Positions 13,031-24,772 of a DNA stretch of 64,000 nucleotides are shown piece by piece. Position numbers and translations under genes: made by a program. This stretch comes from Octopus vulgaris (taxonomy: Eukaryota), in contig OX597828.1 of assembly GCA_951406725.2 (NCBI GenBank), forward strand, positions 14,694,001 through 14,758,000, in the 5' to 3' direction. The notes beneath the pieces are model-generated. The model did no database searches and was not told where the DNA came from. It saw only the letters and a program-made list of their open reading frames with translations. Position 1 is the stretch's first letter. Each line of letters begins with the position of its first letter.

Positions 13031-14269
13031 AGGAATAATAATAATAATAATGATAAAAAAACAACAACAACAATAATAATAAAAATACATACAACATATA
13101 GTTATAAATGTGTCATTTTTATTCTATACATGTCAGAATTAGTATTTTAATTTGTCTGATGTTATATCCATAACCAGCAAAGTCAGAAACCAGTGGTCAA
13201 AGTTTTGAAAAACTTGTCCAGAGTTCAGCTAAATAGGTTTTAAAATATTTTTTTTTATTGAAATAATAGAGTCATAATAAGAGAGGGGTTTCATTTAATA
13301 TTTGTTCCACATCCCATATACTTTGGATGATGAGCCTTCATATTTTTATATATATTTTTATTATCTGTTTTTTTGTTATTTCATTTTTTTTTTCGTGTTT
13401 GAAGAAGTTTCTTTTTCTTTTTTTTTGAAACCTGTAAATAAAATTCTGATTATGTATATTTTAGGGTCACGACTAACTGTTTAATGATGATGAGCATGAT
13501 GATGATGATTATTATGAGGTTAACACTTTTTAGTTCCTTTAACAAAATATTTTATTCTCACTCTCTTACTCACACATACACACATAAAATATAAATTTTT
13601 AAAAAAAAATAAGTCAACAATAAAACCATGAAATGTTGCAATAATAATGAAAAATAAAATAAAATCTGGTAATTTTATTCTCTCCCTCAAATTTAAATAT
13701 CTATTAAATTCATTGTGAAAATAGCAAATACAAAAATGAAAAACTTATTGAAAACACTAAAAATATCTCTGAAGCTAATAGATTTTTTTTTAAAAATTAC
13801 CTACATCAAATAAGAGATTTTTTAATGAAATTAATGGAATAGAAAATAATATATATATATCTATTCATTGGCAAGTGTCTTTCATATGCATAACAGATTT
13901 TAGAGTCACACACACATATACCCACATACATATACACTCACACAACCTCATATTTAAGGACCTCTAAATTAAGCAAACCAATGTTACTATTTGTTTGTTT
14001 GCTGCACAAAAGAAAAAGGGTAGCATTAGAGCTGAATGAACCCACCCTAAGATAGATTACTGTTTTGACCACTACTGTTTAATCAATTATAAAAATTTGA
14101 AAAAAAATAATAATAAAATAAACCCACGTCTCTTGGATTCAAAGCATAGAGTAATGTAAGATTTAAAATATTCTAAACAGATTTACTCTGAGTATCTACT
14201 CATGCAAAGATCACTGCCTTTGTTTGAATTTTGCTTTTGAACCCTTAATTCTAACACAAATTCTATGAA

Positions 14270-14301
<32 letters not shown>

Positions 14302-14499
14302 ATGTGTATATATGCATGCATACATACATACATACGCATGCATGCATACATACTTATATACGCATGCATACATACGCATGCATACACACATACGCATGCA
14401 TACACATATATGCATGCATACACATATATGCATACATACACACACACATATATATGCATGCATACACATATATGCATGCATACACATATATGCATACAT

Positions 14500-14530
<31 letters not shown>
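14270..14530. repeat. Compound (TA)/(CA)/(CATG) microsatellite
   Basis: Direct inspection. Confidence 0.95.
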
Positions 14531-14531
<1 letters not shown>

Positions 14532-15212
14532 GCGTTGCACTGCAACAGATTTCAAGTTTCCTATAAATATAATATATACATAAACTAACTGAAATATAAA
14601 TCAATTCTGTATTTGAAATAAATTTTAGAACTAAATACTTACAAAACAAACAAAAAAAAGGCAAGCAAGCCTCCCTAACGAAAATTCCCAAAAAGCTGAA
14701 TTGAAAGGGAAAAAGAAAAACTTTGAAATAACAATTAACTAGTTGCAAGTTTCAAAGATGAAATTTCTTTCTAAAGGCTGTTTCTTAAGAAATGGAGGAG
14801 GAGGAGGAGGAATTCTTTAGACAATTGAGATGACTGCTGGTAAAGATGTTTGGCCTCTTTCGGGGGACTAAATGGTCAAGTTTGATGTGAAGAGAAAGAT
14901 CAAGAGAGAAACAGTACAAAATTAGACCATCAAATGACACAATGAACTGAACACAGCAATGAAAGATAAACCGACAAATTATAATTTGTCAGGTTTTTTT
15001 TTTAAGGGTTCTTTTGTTCTGTTTTTACAACAAATATATCCAATATTTACAATTTACAATGGTTCAAGTTCGATTTCAAGAAGAAATCAATATTTCAGGA
15101 ATTTTTTAATTCTTTTTTTTTTTTTAATTACACCAGAAATACATCATTTACAAGATGTTTGGCAGAGTAGAAAAAAAAAAGTTGAACGTTCATGTTAACT
15201 GCCAGAACTTGA

Positions 15213-15555
15213 CAGTCAACAAGGCCAATTGATCATGTCCACTAGTGAACAATACACGCAGGTCAACAAGCCCAGTTGATTGTGTTCACGGTGAACAACA
15301 CACGGAAGCAAATAAGCCTTTAGTTTATGTTCTCAAGTGAACTATTATTGAAAAATCAACAAAGCCAACTGCTTGTGTTCAGGGAACAACATATGAGCAA
15401 ATAAGCCTTTTGTTAATCAACAAGCCCTATTGATTGTGTTCACTGGTGAACAATACTTGTAAGCCAACAAGCCCTTTGTTCCTGTTCACTAGTGAGCCAT
15501 TAATGTTAACCAACAAGGTTAACTGTGCATGTTCACCAGTGAACAACACAGCAAA
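15213..15555. repeat. Degenerate ~46-bp tandem array with palindromic core TGTTCAC-NN-GTGAACA
   Basis: Cores start at 15236, 15283, 15328, 15376, 15437, 15483 and 15530; each is preceded by a CAACAAGCC-like motif. Confidence 0.88.
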
Positions 15556-16259
15556 CCCAATTGTTAAGTTATGGTCCTTTCTGTCACCAGACACTTCAAC
15601 GGAATAACGGATAAAACTTAGTGGAACCTCATTAACTGTTACTAGATGAATTATTGCAAAAAAAAAAAAAAAAAAAAAAGTAGTTCCAAGAAATTTAAAA
15701 CAAACAAACAAAAAAGATTGTACTTTTTTGCTCCTTTTAGAGCTAGCAAACCTCCAGATAATTCATTTTACTGAAGTCTAACTAAAACTCCGACCTTAAC
15801 ACTTTTAAGGACACACATTGGTAAATAAACCACCCCATGACATCTAGTCACAGAGATCAAATTAAATAATATTTAAGCCATTAAACTCATTAATAAATTT
15901 ATGTATAGATTAAAAAATATGAGCTATTTTCTTAAAAAAAAAAAAGGAAACAATCTTATATATATATATATCATTATCAACAATATCACATAAGAGCACA
16001 TTATCATTAAAGCATGTCCTTATAAGGTTAAAGATATAAACAGACAAGATGTATCAGCACAGTGTATGATGATGATGATGATAATTTGATGTCCATAGCT
16101 ACAGCTTTTTCATTCAATAGCTTTGTTTATCTTCTTTCCAATGTAGACAATGTTATCAGAATAATTTCGATAAAACACTCTCTTACACGCACACACAAAG
16201 AAATAGTTCCACTTGGCATTGACTTCAACCTGGAGATATATATATATATATATATATAA

Positions 16260-16533
16260 CATTTAAACACATAAGGAATCCATTCGTGGGATTCAACATG
16301 CTGGGAAGAACAGCTAGGTTCCATAACCACAGAATTAGGGATAAAATCCCGATAGAAACGAAATGAAAAAAATAAAAACTTTTACCATCTAGATGGTAAA
16401 AGTTTTTATTTTTTTTTTTTAATTTTTCATTTCGTTCCTGTTGGGATTTTATCCCTAATTTTGTGGTTATAGAACCTAGCTGTTCTTTCTAGCGTGTTGA
16501 ATCCCACGAGTGGATTCCTTATGTGTTTAAATG
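16260..16533. repeat. Long palindrome centred on CCATCT|AGATGG, within a (TA)n-flanked segment (16259-16645)
   Basis: Arms of ~130 bp; the outer ~110 bp differ by 9 substitutions; perfect loopless centre at 16390/16391. Confidence 0.95.
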
Positions 16534-17509
16534 AACAGTGTATTTTATGACTAATACATAGTCTTTGGACTAAATTTTTACACGCTTGGCCACTGGAAGA
16601 GAAAATTTCTACTAATTTCCATTTCCCTTTGATATGATTAATATATATACATATATATAATAAAAAAAAAAGTGGAACTTGCTCCAAGCTTCAATCAATA
16701 AGACCTCTCCGTAAACTCCAATACATTACAGCTACTTATTTTCCTGAGCCTACAATGATGAAAGACTTCAGACAACACTGACCAAATGGAATCCTTGAAA
16801 TTCTTCGGTTCCCAATTCCAGTACAATCACTCAGTTACCATCTTGCTAATAATCTGTTTCAACTGTTTCGAGTCAAATACATAATTTCTACTTGGCTGGT
16901 TGAGACCGAGTCTGAACATCTCAATCCCATATTTTAGCTGAACTATTCTTTTTATCCACATGCTTCAACTGCCAACAGGGAAGACCAGAAGAGAATAAAT
17001 GTAGCATTTTTTTTTCTAGAATTGATATAAATGAATCCAAAGACCCAGTTTTTGGTGACACATCAATGCTTAATAATAACTGTCTCTAATTTAGGGCACA
17101 AGGCTAGCAATTTTAAATGAAGGGTGTTAGTTGACATTGTTGACCCTGGAGGGATGAAAGACAAAGAAGATCCCAGTGGGAACTGTGCAAAGAACACAAA
17201 GAGCTGGATGAAACGCAGCCAAGCATTTTTTCCAATGCTGTAAGGATTTTGCCAGCTCAATAATAAAAAATAAATTTAATTACAATTCTTTCTAATATTG
17301 GTAAAAGGCCACAATATTTCTTTAAGGGGACAGTTGATTAGATTAACTACCATTAGTACCGTGCTGATAGTTATTGACCCCAGAATGAAGGTTAAAGTTG
17401 ACTTTGGCAGAATTTGATTTTTGTTTTTGCTTTTAACTTACTGGATCTGGAAGTCAGGGGATATTCTCTTGATTTAAGAAGTGCTAGTATTCTCTTTTAG
17501 CATTGAAAA

Positions 17510-17935
17510 AAGACGAGATCAGCACAATTTCCATTGGAGGATGCTCTCAAGATCTCTACAGAATCAGCGCACATTTGACATAAGGTGAGTGTTGCATGTG
17601 GATGAAGCATGGTTGGGGAATCTTACGGGAAGAAACGAAGGGTAGTATCATCTGCGTAAAAGTGGTTATTGTTGAGCATGATACCAACCAAGTTGTTAAT
17701 GTATAGAAGGATAAGGGTGGGAAGAGGGGAAAAAACAACAACAAAATAAATCCTGGGGTATACCAGAGTTGATAGAGTGTGGGACATGGCTCTGTCAACA
17801 CATGTTGTGATAATGCAATCTAGTAGCAGGCTACCAATCCAGGAGATGAGAGCTGGATGGAGCCCATAGGCAGCCAGTTTCAATGGGAGATTTGCATGCC
17901 AGATACGGTCAAAAGCTTTGCTAATGTCTTGAGGG
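17510..17935 (-). mobile_element. CR1/Jockey-group LINE RT fragment
   Basis: DISKAFDRIWH, KLAAYGLHPALISWIGS and FYADDTTL motifs across broken frames. Confidence 0.85.
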
Positions 17936-18399
17936 CAACAAAATTGTTTTCAACAAACAATTAAAAGAACAAAATAAAAATCTTTTTTTTAAAATTTTCA
18001 CAAATTATGATAACAAAATTATGTTTAAGAAAACAAGAAACTAAAGAAAACAATTAGTCAAGCATTAATTAAAATTAGTAAAATTGAATTTCTTAGGACT
18101 GGGCACAAGTGCCAGCTTGTAGTACAGCTAATTGAAATGAACTTAACCCTGTCCTTTTCTCTCTCTCAATATATTTTAAAATATTAAGAAACAGATGGAG
18201 CAGCTGGAAATAAATACCAAAAGGCATCTAATTAACCTACAGCTTCTACGAACCGAAACTGTTGCCCTCTTACTAAGACCGCCTTGCCTGCCTCTACAGT
18301 GGCAGCCACCAAAATATTCAGGCATACAGAGACAGACTGGACAATGGAGAGAATACAACATATCCAGACTGCCATGCTGCATACCGTAAATTCCTTTTT

Positions 18400-18680
18400 G
18401 CATATTGGGATGTGCAGTATGACTCTGAGGTAGACAGAGGCATACTGCAGGCTAGAGTATGCAATATGACTCATCTAAGCAGGGGCATACTGCATTTTGA
18501 AGCATGCAGTATGGCTCTCAAATAAGTAGAGGCATACTACATGCTGAGCATGCAATACGACTCATCTAGGCAAAGGCATACTGCATGCTAGAGTATGTAA
18601 TATGACTTATCTAAGCAGAGGCATACTGCATGATGGTGTAAGCAATATGGCTATCACATCTAGGCAGGGCCATACCATAT
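18400..18680. repeat. ~45-bp tandem array built from alternating inverted half-units (CATACTGCA / TGCAGTATG)
   Basis: About six units of GGCATACTGCATGCTAGAGTATGCAATATGACTCATCTAAGCAGA-like sequence. Confidence 0.88.
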
Positions 18681-21600
18681 CCAGAATGGATCTGTGGGCC
18701 ACAGCTAGATGCTTGGCCAACTACCCAAGTGCTGTAGGGTCATCTGGTCAATCAGACTTTGACCTCAGGCTTACACACCAATAATAACTGTCTCAGCTAC
18801 CTCTACCACCCTTTAAATAAAATACTAAATTAAAAGAATTAATCTGATCTATTAGATGCATGGGAAACTTAAGGTTTGAACAAGGAATTTATTTTTTTAA
18901 AACTGTGTGGTAAGTAAAACGAGAAGTCAGAACAGAATTAGTATGACTAATAACTTTGCTATAAACTACAAGTCAAATACCAATATGTAGGTAAGAGTAC
19001 AATACGAAAAGTCAGAAAATTTGTAGCAGACACTTATTGAAGTTGGTTTAGCCAGGTGTAGGTGGAATAGGTTATTTGGGAGCTGGTTATACAATTAAGA
19101 GAGGTAAAAAAAAAGGTGGGGTGACACAAAAAAACTAAGAAATTAATCATTTGCAGGCAAGAATTTTAAAAGAAAGAGAATTAAAACAAGTAATAATAAT
19201 AATAATAACAACAACAACTTCTCCAATAGTACTCACTCTATCAGAAACAGACTTCCATAAAATACCTTTGCAGAAAGCACAAGAAAGACAATAAAATCAA
19301 TAATCACTCAATAAAGAACAATTAATCAATGGAGAAAGACACAAAGAATTAATCATTAGCACCAGCAGTACTAGTCAATTATGACAATTTGTTTAATTTG
19401 GTGACAAAAAAATAAAAAAAGGAAAAGGAAATTGGTACAAAAACATACACAAAAAACCTCAAACAAATCTCAACTGTTTATTTTCATACCTTAATTTTTT
19501 TTCTTGCATTCATTCAGACATTCCAAGTTACAAATGTGGAGAAGATGAGGAGTGATGGTCATCAAAATGATGTTTATTCATTTGGGGTGAGGAGATGGGT
19601 GGGTAGATGAAAACCTTTCACCACTACCACCACCGCCACTGCCAACACGCAAGCATAACCAAATCAAATCAAACCAGACCGATTCCAACCATTCTTTTTA
19701 CATGTTAATGCATCACCAAATTCTGATATTCTTAGAATGTGTGTGTGTGTGTGGGAAGAGGGCACTAATCTTAAACAACAGGAAATTTTAAGTGTATGGA
19801 TGAAATAGTGAAAGGTGGAGAAATAGGGAAGGAAAATTAATTCATATTCATCACACACACACTACAGATTAATTATTATCATTAATATTATTATTAGTAG
19901 TATCATCATCATCATTAAAGAGAAAGTTGTTAAGTATAAACAAGTAGTCTATAAACAATATATAGAAAAATCTATACACATACCATACACATATATACAT
20001 AAATATTTATATACATACATTAAGTACATATACATATATACATATACATACAGTTTTAATGTTAATATAATTATACAATCATTCAGCATTAATGTTTCTT
20101 TTTTTGTTTTTGCATTTAAAAGTGTGTGTATGCAAATTACATGTAAATGGCACTTACATAATTAAAGAAGTGTGTGTTGGAGATATGTAGGAGTGTATTT
20201 GTGTATGCGTGACAGAGATAGAGAGAATAGGTGTGTGCATGCACATATAAAAGGAATGTGTGTGTGTGTGTCATAAGTCTTTCATAAGCCTACAGGCCTA
20301 TCCAGGCTGAAGCACACCCCTTGTTTCTATGGCGAGTAACTATGAGTACAATACTCTCCTCTGAACAAGATGCCAGATTGTGTGAGGGTTAGCCACTCCA
20401 GTTATTGTCGGTGGTACTTATTCATGGCCAAGTGGACTGGAACACTGAAATGACGTGCTTTGCTCAAGAAAGCCAATGTCTCAACCAGTCTGGGAATCAA
20501 AACCATGACCTTTCAATCACGAGCCCAACTCCTTTACGACTAAGCCAATATGTTGGTTGGTTTTTGAATCCTTGAGAAATTTGAAAATGAATCTTTTGAA
20601 AAAGTTGTTAAAATTTCTCACTGCTTCAACACAAACCAAACATACATGATACACCCCACCCACCAAAAAACATGTACACACACAAAGTAACACTTCCTAT
20701 ATATTTATATGTATATATGTGTGAGTGTGTGTGTGTGTGCAATGTTATATTACATATACTGCTGACTTAGGTGACAGTTTCTTAATTAGATAACAAAAAA
20801 AAACAACAATAACCTGAGAATGCTTAGGCATGAAATGATAACATTTCAACAACAGACTGGGAAAAATGAAATTTAAAAAAAAGGATTAAAGAGGAACCAA
20901 TCGAAATGGGAAAATTTAAGGAAAGAGGGGAAAGAGAAAAAAAAAAAAAAACAGGAATTAAGTGCCAGCACAAAGCAAAAACTCCATTGTAATCAGAGAC
21001 AAAAATTCAATTTTTACATTAAATTTTACTTCCATGTGTATGTATATATATATTTCATATCTAAAAAAAAAGAAAAAAAAAAGGAAAAAAGAAAGCAATA
21101 TATATAAGACTTTTTACATTTTAGTTTTTGTTCAGCTCGCTTATTCTAATTCTAGGCTGCAAAGGTGGTCATCATACTGAGAAGAAGTTAAATTAAATTA
21201 AATTAAAATATAATCTTGCATAGTAGTTAATGGGGAGGGGGGTGAGGGTGGAGGGGGGGTAGATGGGCAAATGTTTCTGAATAGATTTTATTAGTCATTT
21301 TCTAAATATGTTTTTATTCCTTAATTATTTTATTTTATTAAAAATAAATAAATATATACATATTTAAAATAAATAAAAGATAGTAGCTACAAATAAAATT
21401 TTTAAAAAAACAAGAAAAACAAAAAATATCTTTAATAGGAGAAAAAAAAGATTTGAAAGGTATGGGTGGGCGGGTGGTTGGGAGAGAGGGAGGGAGGTAA
21501 TGTTTCTTCAGATTTTAGTATTTGTTAATTTTTAATTACTACCTTTGAAAGTAAACATTTCGTTATATTAAAATAAATATACAAACAGATCAATCAGAAG

Positions 21601-22164
21601 GAAGAAAAAAAATGTTTTTTAAAAAAATTTAATTACTTTTTTTTTAATTCGAAATTAAAACCAATTTTCCAAGTGAAAGCTTTAGTTCTTTTTTTTTTGT
21701 CTTTTCATTTTCTTTTTTTTTTTTCCATTTACACAGAGGCATAGCTGAGAAATGATGGATTAATTTAACAGACTTTTCCACCTCCCCCCCAACAAAACAT
21801 GAAATAAAATAGAAGTGTGTTAATTTTAGCACCCTGAACTCAGCAGTTATATACATACATACAAATATATATATATATACACACATATATATATGTATAT
21901 ATATATATACACGTCTGTGAGAATATATATATATATATATTCAGTCACACAGACATGCATATAATTGTATATCATTATATGCATATATATATATATATGT
22001 ATGTATGCATAAATAGACCAGTATATACAAATACATAAATATATACAAATACACACAGATTCACATTACACATCATTACACACACACACACGCATACATA
22101 TATACATATTCACTGACATACACACACATACAGCACAAGCACATATAATCATGTGTAGTAATAA

Positions 22165-22201
<37 letters not shown>

Positions 22202-23393
22202 CATACACACACACATGTATGCATGTAAGTATACATGTATATGTGTCCAAAGAAAATGTATGTGTAGGTATATGTATACAAGAGAGAGAGAGAGAGAGAA
22301 GAGGAGAGGAGAGAAAGAGAAGAAAATGGGAGACTTAGTAATAACATCTCAACTATAGGCAAATATATTAGCATGATGAACAGCAATTGTTAGCACCTGA
22401 TAGAAACAGGTAAGGTAGATGACAATGTCACAGACATAGGGGATCCAAGAATCCTAGCAGGAGTGAACAAGACTGGAGATGGTCAGGTGAAAATAAAAGG
22501 AATCTGAAGTTATGTAATGCAATAAATGGTCCCTGTTTTAGCAAGTCATATAAAATACTTCAACCAAGGAGGACAGACAACATTTCTTCTATTTGGGGGA
22601 TTTTTTTTTGTGGCTGGAAGATAACAAGAAAGCTCTCTATATAACTATCATTCTTTGAATAGATCAGTTCCTTCAAAGAGAGAAAGGTAGCTGGTCTGAT
22701 TTCACAGTTGATCCAGCAGTTCAGTAATGATGAGAAAGAGAGAATGAGCATATGCATGCATGTGCGTGCACGTGCAGGCCTGAGATCACCTAACAGTTTA
22801 AAAGAAAGTGTCTCTAAGTGTCTCGAATAAGCTGCTTATACAACTGAATTTTTCAGAGATTCTATGCACATATCCAGAGAGGCTGGTAGAGGTACCCTAA
22901 AAAAATTATATTGTAGTTTATACCTTTTGCAGAGAATCGGTAAAGGGACTGAGCCAAAAATAAAATAAGCGTTAAGTAGATTCTTCCATGAAACAGATTC
23001 TTCCACCTTCTGTGCCCTAAAGAAGTTGGAAACTAGATGAGCTGGGCATTCAAGGATATTACAACTTACACCAAAGATATTCATATGTGGTGTGTGAAAT
23101 TGTTCATTGGTAGAGTAAGCATTTTTTTTATTTTGCACTCACGAAATGACAGAACAGATGGAAATATAGTTGCTGTCCTTCCTTTTGAATGTATATTATT
23201 ATGGCTAATGTGTCCTCACATAGGAAATGTAATTCAATTATATGCTTTACTGCATAAATGCCCATGACTCACAAATATATATATATATATATATATATAT
23301 TAGTGAGCGAGAGATACAGATATGTATACACAAATGGTATATATATATATATATATATTAGTGAGCGAGAGATACAGATATGTATACACAAAT

Positions 23394-23443
<50 letters not shown>

Positions 23444-24171
23444 ATGTAGACACACAGTATGTGTATATATGGACAGATACAGGGCATAGATGCATCAACA
23501 AAAAGATAAGCTCTAAAGTTTAATAGCTAAAGTGACTAACGGCTTAAATATACGAGGTCACCTTGAGAGTGAGTGAAAGAATGGGTGGGTAAGTGAATGA
23601 GAGAAAGAGAAAGAGAGAAACTGAAAGAGAATGAGTGAGAGTGAGTGAGAGTGAGGAAGTGAGAATCACAAACAGTTCACTGAGTAGACTGCACATTTGC
23701 ACAGATATCAAATACACAGACATACAGGATGTTATTTTAGAAGATACTCGGTTTTATTACAGTTAAAATAGTTCTGGTTTATTTGACGTTTATGTATATG
23801 AGAGAGAGAGAGAGATAGAGAAGTGATAGAGAGAGAGAAAGAGAGAGAGAGAGAGAAGTGAGAGAGAACTTGTCAAAGCTCTCCCTAGCTGTGTTAAGGC
23901 CATTCTCAATGAAGTAATAATTTACAAGTCATCTTGGTACATACAGTAGTTACTAGTAGTTTTGAAACAAAATAAAACCAGTGAACTATAACACCCAATT
24001 GTCCTTGGTTGGTTTATTTATTTATTGATTTGTTTGTTTGCTTGCTTGTTTTTCTTTCTTTCTTTCAGTCATTCCAATGGCCACCGGGGAGGAACAAAAA
24101 TCTAGTCAAAGTATTTTCTAGATGTTTTGATTTATTTAAATCTTAAATCTCTCCCTGGAGAATTGAGATTA

Positions 24172-24303
24172 TCAGGCTGCTGTGTCTGGATCGAGCCAAT
24201 TTAGTTCAGATGAGGTTGCCGTGATTTCTTCTAATGTGGGGTAAAAGGCTATCAAGATCGCAAATAGCAGAATCAACAGAGGAATGCTGGAGATGAATGA
24301 CAG
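24172..24303 (-). CDS. SLMAP: SLMAP-like terminal exon encoding the tail anchor (LSFISSIPLLILLFAILIAFYPTLEEITATSSELNWLDPDTAA*)
   Basis: Branch CACTGAC, pyrimidine tract and TTGCAG acceptor; phase 0; single hydrophobic helix near the C-terminus as in SLMAP. Confidence 0.8.
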   Translation of the reverse strand: MSFISSIPLLILLFAILIAFYPTLEEITATSSELNWLDPDTAA

Positions 24304-24554
24304 CTGCAAGAGAACAAAGATCATAGTCAGTGAAGGGTCAAAGGAACTGCACAAAAATATCTACTATTTCTTATATGCTATGCTAGCTAGTTCCACAGAA
24401 TATTGAATTCTTCATTCTTTCAATACACATGAATTAAAAAGAATTTTTAAAATTTAACATAAAACATAGATGAAATTCTCTCAGGGAAATGACTGAGCAG
24501 GTGTAGGGTAGTTGAGAGATAGTGAAGCCTAAAGAATTGTGCCTGTGTGTTATA

Positions 24555-24772
24555 CGAAGGGGTGCCGAAAAGTTCCTGGCTTTAAGGTTATTGTGAAAGG
24601 CCTGGTTGGAGGCCCAACCTTCCAAGTTCTTTCACAGGGCTTAAAAAAACTGAAGGACCACTGCAGTATGTGTGTGAATCTGTGAGGGGAACATGTTGAA
24701 TAGAATCATAATTAACTGATCATTCTGTATTTTATTTTACCCAAATCCAGGAACTTTGCAGCACCCCACCCA
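24555..24772. mobile_element. Mariner-derived MITE
   Basis: TA-CGAAGGGGTGCCGAAAAGTTCCTGG / CCAGGAACTTTGCAGCACCCC imperfect TIRs. Confidence 0.7.

Noticed and set aside
15213-15555. CRISPR-like appearance (palindromic repeats with variable spacers)
   Set aside because: Eukaryotic context, no cas genes, degenerate repeats, and the linkers are homologous to one another
21231-21500. G-rich tracts able to form G-quadruplexes
   Set aside because: Low-complexity runs on the antisense strand; no further support
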